A DNA stretch of 64,000 nucleotides, taken from the NCBI GenBank assembly GCA_951406725.2, contig OX597815.1, positions 87,172,001 through 87,236,000 of the forward strand. The letters run 5' to 3'. The number at the start of each line of letters is the position of its first letter. Within the stretch, counting starts at the first letter, position 1. Shown here piece after piece: positions 23,826 to 36,146 of this stretch. The notes beneath the pieces were generated by a model. The model saw nothing but the letters and a program-made list of their open reading frames with translations. It made no database searches and had not been told where the DNA came from. The DNA is from Octopus vulgaris. Its lineage: Eukaryota. A program made the position numbers and the translations under genes.

Positions 23826-24719
23826 TTCTAACATAGCCACAAAGTCATAAATCATGGGGAAAGGGTATAGCCAATTCAATTGACTTTCAAAGGATCAGAG
23901 GTAAAAGTAATCCCAGTGGAATTTGAACTCTGGACATAAAGAGATGTAACTTAATTTCCACAAGGAAATTTTGTCCTTCATCAACCAATTCCACCATTGC
24001 AGCCTTGTTTGCACATTTGTAGGTGAGAGCAATAACAGAAAATGAATCCATAAATCAACATCATTCTTATCAATCCTGATATGGTTTGAGTTCAGAAAAC
24101 AAAACAAAACAAAAAAAAAACAAAAAAAAAAAAAAACTAAATATTGTAAGGCAACATCTCACCTCAAACAATAGCCCCTACCACTCTACCACCTTTCAAA
24201 GACAATGACGATGATGCTGGGGACAATGATGATGATGATGATGAAAAGCGAATAAAAACAGTTATACATAGTTCCTACAATAATAATAATAATAATAATC
24301 ATAATAAATATTGATGCTAGAGCATCCTGATTCTCCTACCTAATTTCTACCAGCCCACACTGCCAGTACACTTTCGGAAGTAAACATTCATTGTGGTCTG
24401 AAGCCAGTAGACAGAAACACTGACAGAAGCACATAACTCGGTTGACCAAAGCAAAATGACCACAGCAGAGCTAGACTAATGGGGGATATTAACACGTAAA
24501 ATATATATATAGTAATAATAATTACTAAGGAAAAGGAAATAGAGGCAATTAAAAGGCTCCACTTGAAGTTTACATGATGTACTGCAACACATACACCTAC
24601 ACACACACACAAGCTGATATTGCATATGTGTATGCGTCACAGTACATGTGATTTTGTATTTAAATATATGTATTTCTGTATGTATTTCTTTAAGACTGTA
24701 TAATCACATAGCTTCATGT

Positions 24720-25160
24720 AAGTGCATGTGAGCGTGTGAGTAAGTAGGTATCCATCAGTGACTGAGTGTATGTCTACAAGTAGCTGAGTGTGTGAGTGTC
24801 AGGGAAAATAAGTGAGCAGCCAAGTGCTTTTGTAAGCAAGTGTCAGTGAATGTCCCTGAGTGACTGAGTCTGTCTGCAAGAGTCACTATGCGAGTGCATA
24901 TTAGTATCAATAAATGAGTATCGCTGAGTGTGTGCATTTGTGTTTGAGGCTGAGTGAGTACATAAATGTGAGCAAGTGAATGTCTATGATCAAGTGAGAG
25001 AGTGAGTGCCTGAGTAAGGGTAGTGCCTGAGTAAGCTAATGTCAGTGAATGAGTGTCTGTGAGTAGGTGACTGAGCTAGTGCTAGTAAGTAACAGTGAAT
25101 GAGTGTCAGTGAAGTACATGAGTGCCCATGAACAATATCACTGATTGAGTGTCAAGGCCT
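24720..25160. repeat. Degenerate (TGAG)n-rich low-complexity tract
   Basis: Many gtgagt/tgagtg units, including the tandem duplication gtgcctgagtaag at about 25006 and 25024. Confidence 0.7.
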
Positions 25161-25267
25161 AGGTAGTAGTATGAGAGTGTGCAACATAGTTCAACTGTAC
25201 ATGTATGACTATTTGAGAGAATGTGTCTGTACATACAGTTGCGTGTATGTATGGATACATGAGTGTC

Positions 25268-25446
25268 TTGGCAGAAACGTTAGCACAGCAGGCAAAATGC
25301 TTAGCAGCATTTCGTATGTCTTTATGTTCTGAGTTCAAATTCCACTAAGGTCGATAAATTAAGTACCAGTTGCATACTGGAGCCAATCTAATCGACTGGA
25401 CCCCTCTCCAAAAATTTCGGGCCTTGTGCCTAGAGTAGAAAAGAAT
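25268..25446 (+). mobile_element. tRNA-derived SINE family B (internally deleted copy)
   Basis: ggcagaaacgttagcac..aaatgcttagc..ttctgagttcaaattcc..gtcgataaattaagtaccagttg..gccttgtgcctagagtagaaaag. Degraded copies at about 3440, 8640, 27200-27510, 29945-30140, 34790-35080, 39380-39590(-) and 43720-43870(-). Confidence 0.8.
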
Positions 25447-26488
25447 GGGTGGAGGAATATGAGCATGTATGTCATACAGAAAGAAACACTCCCTGAGACT
25501 GACAATCTAACCGGGGGGGGGGGGTATTGAAATAAAATGCAGATACTGGAGGGCTAGAGAGACTATAATCAAACAGGTCAATGGTTCAAGAGGACCAATG
25601 CCAATGTCCTTTACAACTGAGGATATTATGTTCTTGCAGCAAGCAGTTGGGAGTAATAAGGTGCTTATTATTAAATTTGTTGTAATCACAGCCCATATTG
25701 TTGTTTGTAATAGGAGAATTTTACACTCTTGTAATGAATGAAGAAAACATTACTTCATATTCCCAATGTGCCCTTCCCTCATTGTGCTCAATTAACTCTA
25801 TTTACCTCCAGCAGAGAATTATATTTTATTTATTTATTTATTTTATTTTTATAACCATCAGCATCATTTATTAAGAAGAGATATAAGAGATATGGATAAA
25901 TTAGAAAGAAAAAGATAAAAATCTATTGAAATAAATGTCACTTTGAGAAGCAGATAACTGTATAGGAAACTGACATGGTAATGAGAAGGAAAGATAGCTA
26001 GAGAACAAGAGAAAGAGACAGAAAAGCAAAGTGAGTGGGTAGAAATAAAAATTATCATAGTAAAAAATTAATAGCACCATTTCCAGAAACACTGAAATAC
26101 AACTAGGCAGACAGCTTTAGAAAATATGATGAAGTACTGCTTAACATAGGAAAAGCTCACGAATATTTAAACATTACTGATTTAATTACAATTGGTGGTC
26201 AACCGAAGACAAGAATAAGAACTGCATAATTCCACTTGGATTTAGTTTGATTTCTAAAACAGCTGAATAGCTACTATGGTAAAAGAAAAACAACAAATTT
26301 TACTGAAATTTGCTAAATATAAAAACCAAAGAAAAAAAAACAAAGAGGTAAAAACAAAGTTTCCAATAGACTAGGACAGACATCTATTCCAAAATCAAAA
26401 ACAGTTCTTAGAGTGGAGTTGAAGGAGATAAAGCATGAAAACAACAATAGCTGATATCTAATCAAACATAGAAACCAAGAACAAAAGA

Positions 26489-26546
<58 letters not shown>

Positions 26547-28763
26547 GTGAGTGAGTGTGTGTGCATGCATGTCTCTTGTTTTTATTCTTAACCGAGAATT
26601 ATAATACAATGGACAGAAGATGAAAACTACAAGAAGAATTTTTGTAAAAGAATTTTTTAAAAAAAGAAAATAAAAAATTACGTTAAATACTACAGTAGGA
26701 TTAATAAACAGTTACCTTGGTAACTGCAATAACTTCAGATTTCTGGACAATTCGGTAAAAAATTTTCATTAAAATTCTAACAAAAGGTACTCTATCCTTT
26801 CTTATAAATTTCAACTTGAAAACAATTGAGACAGACAAATCAATTGTTGTTCAGGATCCACAACAGAACAAGACAAAAAAAAAATGACAGACAAATCTAG
26901 TTCAAGAGAGAAGATACTGCCATATGAATAAAACTAATGAATTAACAGAGGTATATCATGCTGAGAACTGAACTAGAAGAACAAACAGAAAAAGAATCCT
27001 TCTTTAGCAGCAAAGCAAACATTTTTTTTAAGAAAAAGCAATTTTTCCTATTTATGGAAATGAAAATCATAGTTATTAAATATTTTTTTCATAAGCTTTG
27101 ATAGAGACATCTAACTTGATGATAATGAGGATGACAACAATCATCATCATCATCATTTTTGCTAACTTCATTATTACTATTTTACATCTCTATATGGAAG
27201 AATCACGAGACAGTTGAACAAAATGCTACGGTTTAACTTTGCCTTTCATTCTTCCAGGATTACTAAAATAAAGTAAGAGTCAGGTACAAGAGTTGGTATA
27301 ACCAACTCACTCCTCCTTGCCTCCAGTCAAATTTCTAGCCTTGTGCATTTCTTCCAGCTTTGTGTTCTGAGTTCAAATTTCACCAAAGTCAACTTTGCCT
27401 TTCATCCTTTCAGGTCGACAAAAATAAGTACAGTTGAGCACTCAGGTTGATGTAATCAATTTCCCCACCACTCACAATTGCTGGCCTTGTGACGAAGTAA
27501 GAAAGTATTATCATTATTATTATTATTATTATTGCAGCAAGTTGACAAAATCATTTGAGCATTGGATAAAATGCCCTGCTATATATTGGTTGTGACTCTT
27601 AATAATGCGAGTTCGAATCTTACTGATAATGACCTTTTTTTTTGGGGGGGGGGTCAATAGTATTTTCCAAATCCCTCTCCTCAAAACAACTGGCCTTATA
27701 CCCAATTCAGCATCAGTAGCCAACACTAATGGTGGTGGCAACGGCTGCTGCTGATGATGATGCTAAATTGGATACATCATCATCATCATAATGTGACTGG
27801 ACTGAGTGCTGATTAGTCAAAGCCCTTCCTTAACCAGTTGCACATTCAGATCATTATCTTCATCTGGAATCCTTGACTGAAACTTAACCAAATTACAGAA
27901 CTCTTTCTCTCTCTCTACATCATACAGCAGCAATACCTACCTTTCAACCATATGCACCAATATCAAACAGAGAGGTATAACATGATATCCACTTCAAAAA
28001 GCATTTGCTTTTTCACAACTTTCTTGAAATTTCTACAACTAACTAATTATTTCTAAGATGGAAATTGGCACTTACACTCCAATGTAACACAACATAACAT
28101 TTCACTCTGACTTTTTGGTTGAAATCCAAGAATTAAATTCAAAGAACTTTCACCAACATCTTCCGCATCATCATTTACAACCCATTTTTAATGCTGGCAT
28201 GGATTGGATGGTCCAACAGGGGCAATGAGAGTTAGAGGATTGCACCAAACTCCAACTTTAGCATGATTTCTAAGTTGGATGCCCTTTCAACTGCAAATAT
28301 TTAACTGTTGACCCTCTATGTAAAATCCTTGGCTTGATAGAAAAAAGAACCAATCTCCCTCTTATCACAACCTACAGTATCAGACCAGGTGGTCATGGCT
28401 GAAATGCTTCTGATTACAGGTCTGCTTAAACAGAGTAGACCTAATGGCTTAACAAGGTGATCCATACTGTAATTGTTACTGCTAGTGAATAGCTCTACTC
28501 ACCTCTTCTTGAATAGACATTATATACAGTAGCATTCAATTGAAATTCTACACATCACACACACACGTGCACATACACTTTCATCAATGACCTTCTGCAA
28601 GCTTTCCTAAACTGGTGAAATTGAGGTTTATGCTTCAACAACAGTATACCAATATCTGTAGGGAAAACTAAAATTATAAAATGGAATTCTAAAGGACTGA
28701 TTTCTGGGGAAAGAAGGATTGGAAAAAGCAGCTTGTGTAAAAGTTGAGAAATAAAGTGAGTGA

Positions 28764-28826
<63 letters not shown>

Positions 28827-29351
28827 GTGCTGAATGAATATGGTGAAGAGATAGCATGTAACTAGTTAGTTCAGAGGAGCACAGGTCACTGTTGTAGCAA
28901 TCTGAAATAGTGTTAATGCTTTTTATATATATATATATATACACAGATAAAAAAAAGTGCCAGAGGTTGTAGTGTGCTGGTCAGTGAGTCATTGCCAATC
29001 AGCAGCATGGCCTTCTTTCAGATGCAATCAAGATATTTGTTTAAACTAAAGATCTTGTCATAGTCTATATGGATTGTATCTAATTGCAACACTGAGCCCA
29101 AATCAAGTGATTTTGTAGAGATTCTCACATTGGTTTATTACCCAATGAGTTGCAAGGTGGTATTTTGTAAAAATGAGGTGGAGCAATAAATTTCCTTGGT
29201 TCCCAGGTCGAAATCAGTATGTATGGCAATTAATACATAGTCAGTTAGTAGGAAAATCAGAAATGAAGACATCAAACAAAACCAACTTACAACATGAACT
29301 GAACTCAAAACCAAGGGCTACTGATATTTGTGTGTCCCTTCCATGACTTCT

Positions 29352-29431
<80 letters not shown>

Positions 29432-30575
29432 GGTGGTGAATGAAAGAGGGAGACAGAAATAGCTGAGCAAGGCAGCCTGTGTTGGCGAAAGGAGACAATT
29501 TGAGAGACACACACACACAAAGAAAGAAAGAAAAAAGTGCTGAAAGAGAAAAGATAGAAACAAGACATTGTATGTGACCTCATCTGTAAAAATAAAAAAG
29601 TATATATAAGAATATGCATAGCTGCAGAGAGAGAGAGAGAGAGTAGAGAGAGAGTAAATGTGTGTGCATGAGGATGAGTAAGTGTGCCCTCTGTCATACA
29701 GAAGACTATGTACATATACATGCATTCTGATACATTTGCAGCAACACATGCAATATGAAATCTCCTTCGATTTCTTTGTGTGTCTGTTTACAAAATGGCG
29801 TCAGAAGTATTTGTTTTGTTATTTATATTTTACTCATTTGATTTTATGTACCCCAACATTTTATGACTGTCTTTGTATCATACCCGTCATCCTTAGCAGG
29901 AAATAAAACCATAGTAATAATAACTACTACTACTACTACTACAGCAGTGAGCTAACAGAATCATTACAATATTGGAAGAAATGCTTTGTGATTATTCCTC
30001 TGGCTTTTTACATTCTGAGTTCAAATCCCAAGGTCAACTTCACCTATCATCCTCCTAGGGTCACTAAAATAAAGTACCAGCCAAGTACTGGGTTGATATC
30101 ATCAACTTAACCCCTCCTCTCAAAACTGTTGGCCTTGTGCCATTATTATTATTATTATTATTATTATTAGTTTTCATGTTATTCCTGAATAGTAACATAC
30201 ATTAATAAAGATCCACTGAAAATTATTTTAATGTCACAAAATCCTATCCCCTTTCCCTTTAACAAATTTGAGGGTTTTGTTTTGTTTTTTTTCCATTTTT
30301 TTTAAAAACGTGTGTAGCAAATAGTCCATAAACATTCAGCTGAGAGGAATATAAGCATATCACAACCTAGTGAAAAACAATTCCATATAAGAGTGTATGT
30401 GTATGTGTGTACATACATGCACTTTAAAAATAGTACTCTACATAAACCTGAGGTATTTATGTACATTGATTAAAGTTCATCATCATCATCATTGTTGAAA
30501 TGAAATAAACACTTTTTGAAGTGTCGGGTAAACAAGAGTCTAAAATTAAAATTACACATGTATGTACATATTTAC

Positions 30576-30628
<53 letters not shown>

Positions 30629-30933
30629 AGCATTTATACATATACACATACGCACATGGATGCATGTACATATAGTCACACAAAACCTGCATACACAGAG
30701 AGAGAGAACAGAAATGAATAAGCAAGTGAAAGTGGAACTGACACACAAGCAGAAGAGAGTCCATGTACGAAATCATTCAGTGATATTTATGTCTATTGAC
30801 AGTCACGAGTAAAAACAAAATGACATCACATTTGTAATCAATATTCATTAGAAAAATAAAATAAAACCAATACACAAAAGCCTATAAATGAACACACTAA
30901 ATACTTTCAAAGCACACATGGACATACATATAA

Positions 30934-30996
<63 letters not shown>

Positions 30997-32536
30997 TGAT
31001 ATTCTAGAAGAGTCTGAGTGATATGTAAAAGCATGATCAAGTGTCATTCAACTTGAAATGGTGAGTAATGGTGTCAGAATATTGAAAGTAGCTCAGGTTA
31101 ATAAGGATGATTTTTTCCCAAAATTATGATAGAGAAGAACAACATGTGAGACTTCTGAGCTCAATAGTAGCAGCAGTAACTGAATAACATTATTATTATT
31201 ATTATTATTGCAACTGCAACACCAAGTTGTCAAAGTTAAAGTATGTGTGTATGTATGTATATAAAACAAACTATATTTACAAAGCCAATGTTAGCTAGAA
31301 TATATCAATAACTGCTGTCTCTTCATATCAGAGATAGCAAGCAAATGTTGGGTCTTTTAGAAGTTACATGATTTACAAATAAAGGAGACAGAGTACTTTA
31401 AAACAAACAAAAAATAAAAAATAAAAATACCAAGAAACTGATACAGAATGTAAAGAGAAAAACTTGCAGCAAAATATATACAAAATCTTTCAAGTTGCCT
31501 ATGGATAGGTAAAAGATGCATGAACTTAGGTTTCTTTCTTTCTGTTTTCTTTCTCTCTCACTCACACTTGTTAAGTACACTGCAAGTTCAATTTTTAATG
31601 CAAGCCATTTAGCTTAAAATATTTTCTCTTGAAAAAGGACTTTACATCACAACATCCCATCTTAAAATATACAGAGCCTTGTACTGGTCAAAAGAAACTG
31701 TCACATTATTTATTTATATACAACACACTCATAATTAATCACACACACATGCACCAACTGCACAACAGCATACAATTATTCTCAAAGTGCATCACACAAA
31801 CCCCAAACATTTTTTGGTCTTTTTACTTCAATATATTGTTCTTTAAAGCTGACATGTGTTATACATGTCTACAGCACAATATCTATTTATATGTCATGTC
31901 AATTAAAAAACCCAACAAAGGTTAGTAACCTTACTAACCTTTTCTAAATTCTCCCTTTGTCAAACAACTATTTCAAAAGATCTAGGAAGTTCACTTCTTT
32001 ATTCTCTTATTCTTTTCAATACAAGGACATAAATTAGTTGGTACTGTAAAAGACACCTCTGCAGAAATCCACCATACAACTTTATTTGAATAACTCTGCC
32101 ATAAGTAATCAATAATGGCCTACATCATCATTTTCATGGGTGAGTCTATGACCTTAAAGGGTAGTAGAAACATCCACTGATGACTACACTATCGTATTGT
32201 GAATCTCAGGTAAATCTGGCTAGACATAACACTAGCTATGCTTATCAAGTTATCTTTACCATGTGGGATCTACTTACAGTTAAGTGGACTATGCTACTGA
32301 GAGTTGAAAGCCTTGACAACACCACAATGTTGTACCTGTAATAGGATATACCCTGTTAATCACTACTCAGCTGCTTTCATCATCCTCTTCTTAACAAAAC
32401 AAAACAAGAAAATTGAACAAAATATATTCTTTAATTTCTTCTCTGTGACCCACTCTCCTTAGTAATTCCCAAAATGGTATTTGTTCAGATTTATCAATGA
32501 TTGAGACCAAACGCTGTTTAACATGTAACTGTCATT

Positions 32537-32860
32537 ATCATCATTTAACATCCATTGTCCATTCTGGTGGATAGTTTAACCATAGCTGGTAAGCTGGGGA
32601 GCTGTACCAGACTCCAGACTGATTTGGCATGGTTTCTATGACTGGATGCCCTTCCTAACACCAACCACTTTACAGAGTGTGCTGGGAGCTTTTATGTGAC
32701 ACCACACAGGCACTTCTACATGGTGCCACCACAAGTGCTTTACATCACCAGAAGGATCACTTCTGCTGCAGAGTACAGGTCTTCTTGAGTATGACAAGGC
32801 ACCAGGTATCTCAGTCCTTTGTCATCTTACCTGAAAGGTTCAAAGTCCTGAGGTCAAATA
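32537..32860 (-). mobile_element. Degraded RTE 3' tail copy
   Basis: catcatttaacatcc..ggatgcccttcctaacaccaaccac, followed by a remnant of the ORF end. Similar tails at about 28165, 35420 and 49121(-), and 22950 and 45780(+). Confidence 0.7.
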
Positions 32861-35800
32861 TTTCAGGCAAGATGAAACATCTTTGCCTTATCTGAAACAT
32901 TGAAACTCACCTCACCTGAAGACATACATCATATTTAATGAGTCCTTTTTTTTTTAACTATATTTCTACCAATGTAGAACCCTCACTAATTTCTTCGGAT
33001 TATAATTCTTCCAACACCCCACTGAACTTAAAACGTCTAGTTTGAGACAGTTTCACTGGAATAATCTTTCCTGAGAGTTTCTTCATGATAGACATTGCCG
33101 TATATAGGGACACTGGATAAATTGAATGAAGCTTATACTGTGATAGTTTCAATTCTGTATCACTTTCATCAGAATTTCCATCTACATTCCAATTAAACCA
33201 ATTTATTAACTAGCTACAGAGACAAATACTATTGATAACAATCATCCATTGAAATAACCTTTGACAAAGCCTAAGAAATTACACTTGTTGTTGTTAGTGT
33301 TGAACACCTCCACCACTGCAATCACCACTCACTGGACTTGCTTTCTGTCAGTAAAACAGACACATAGGAAAGGAATAACATTTGATATAAAAGCCAATAC
33401 TAGTCAAACTTCATCTCATGTGGATTAAAGTCTAATGGCAAACATCAATTACTCCAATTGGACATGAAAATATGGTGTGCGTGTGTGTGTGTGTGTGCGC
33501 GCACAAGTACACGTGTGTGTGTGTGTGTGTCCATGTGTATCTATGTATGCGCATGAATGCATTCATACACGTGTGTGAGCATATGAGTACACATAAAAGA
33601 GAGAGAGTGTGTGTGTGTGTGTGTGTGTGCATGTCTAAGTACATGTGTATGTGTTCTTATCTGTAAGAACGCATTTATAGACCTGTACACAACAGAGGAG
33701 ATGGCATGGTTGAATATCTCCCTGTATCCAGCCACATAGTCAATATTGTGACAACTCAAACATGTGGGATTGGGTCTCTACCACCAAAAGCATCAATCAC
33801 TTTTGCTGAGAATAGAAAGTCAATATTTACAGAGAGTGGGTGTAGTTAAATCAATAGATCTAAGTATATTAATGCAGGTTATTTTATGAACCCCAGGGTG
33901 GGGAGTTTGGCAAAGTCAATGTCAGTAGAATTCTAACTCAAAATTGCAAATGAGAGGTGTAAATATTTTGAAATATTTATTTTATCAACCATTTCCATTG
34001 CACTCTCGGTTACATGTAATATTAATAGTATAAGTACAACCACAACTACAAAACCTAGTATCACCACTGCTGTATCATGATAAGTATAACAAATCTATTA
34101 TCATTACCACTACAGTAACTATTATGCTACTACTATCATAATCACTATTACTCCAACAGTATTGCTACTAGTACTACAACAATGTCACTTTCTCTAATAC
34201 AACATGATCTTATACTACTACTACTACTACTACTATTACAAGAACACCAATACAATGCTTTAACAATGTTATTAATACTGTATAAGAATGCCAATAATTA
34301 TCATACAATGCCAATACTAATGTAAGTGAAAGAAAAAATATAGAACAGCCATTTAAATGTCGACTCTCAAGAGAAAGAAATAGTGTTATTCATTTTCTGA
34401 TGCAGTTTTGAATATGAATGGAAAGAAACCATAGACATGTCGCTACACAATACAGAATATGACTTTAAACTGATAGATTAGTCAAAGAAACAGTCTGGAC
34501 ATCATTTGCCATTTTAATACTGGACCAAACAGAAAGTGACTTCAAACTATTTTCATATTCAGAAGTATTCAAATTATTCATTCAAAATAATGCATTTTAA
34601 AAGACTCGTCGTCGTCGTTGTCGTGGTGGTGGTGGTGGTGGCTGCAGCGGCGCCAAGGAAGGGGGAGAGGGAGGAGGGGTGTTATGATGTGATGGTAGTG
34701 GTGATGATTGTTGCCATCAATGTCATTATCATTATTACTTGACTGGTACTTTATTTTATTGGTTCTGGAGGAATAAAAGTCAAAGTAGACCTTTCTAAGT
34801 TCAAATCCTGTTAAGGCCCACTTTATCTTTCATATCTTCAAAATCAATGAAATTAAGTACCAGTCAAATACTAGGGTTGACTGCTTTGACTAGTCCCCAC
34901 TCCAACCATCACCACCTCTACCAAATTACAGCCCTTGAGCCTAAAGTAGAAAGATAATAATTATCATCATCATCATCAAGTTGGCAAGCTGGCAGAATTA
35001 TTAGCACACCGGGCAAATGCTTAGCAGTATTTCTGAGTTCAAACGCCACTGAAGTCAACCTTGCCTTTCATCCTTTACACTGTTTAGCATAATCTGTCAA
35101 TGTTGTGAGTTCAAATCTCATTAGAGTCATTTAGCCTTTCATCCTCCACCCACTCTAGTGAATGATAAAAGTACCAGTGATGTAAGCTTGTTTAAATTGA
35201 TTTTCTCATTATAAATTAGCATCACTGTCTTCCTTATTAATAGAAGATACAAAATGTTTGACAATATGTAATACCATTTCTCAGGGTACTAATTTCAAAT
35301 CAAGCCAAAATTGAATTTTGCCTTTCCATTGCTCCAGGATTGAACAAATAAGTAAGAAAATAACAACACCGCTAATTCAATCATCATTTATTTTGTTCAA
35401 CAGCTGATCTAGTCCCTAAGACATCATCATCAACATTTAACATCCATGTTCCATGCAGGCATGGGTTACAGGGTTTGACAGAATCTGACTAGCCTGAAGG
35501 TTGCATTAGTCTTCAGTATCTGCTTCAACAACGTTTCTACAGCTGGATGCCCTTCTTAATACCAACTTTACAGATTGTACTAGGTATTTCTTTCATGGCA
35601 CCCACACTAATAAAAATATACAGAGCAATAAAAAGGTTGAAGTAATTGAGGGTCAGATTAGATTTTGTGTTTAATGACTGCATTTTGCAAGTCCTTAAGC
35701 AGACAACAGTAAATAAGGGGGAGAGGGTGATACAAATTTTGTTAAGCTTACAACTTATAAGTGACTTGAAAGAGAGAGAAAATACAAACCTTTAAAAGAT

Positions 35801-35914
35801 ATATGGCTCAAAGGGTTGTTATTAACATAGATAGCATTTAATTTTATTTTCAAAAAAAATTAATACAAAGGGCATTTAATTTTATTTTAGACAGATTACT
35901 AAATGAAGAGAGTA

Positions 35915-36146
35915 TTAGCTCATTAGCTTTCAGACTATTCTGTCAAATGTAATGCCTATTTATTCACGTTGTTTTGAATTAATCATGCATTATCTCGTAG
36001 TTTTGATCTTTTGATGTGATTGTATTACATTTTTGAAAGACATTGTAAGATAGGTGTGAGAGGCTGGATCTGGCAAGTTTAAAGATAAAACAAGTAGAAT
36101 ATTCGTACCTGATATGACTGGTTTAAATGCTTTAAACAAATGGTTG
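35915..36146 (+). mobile_element. piggyBac-like non-autonomous element (family P1), diverged
   Basis: Colinear with 52391-52572 and with the reverse complement of 41530-41628 plus 42783-42904. Confidence 0.7.
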
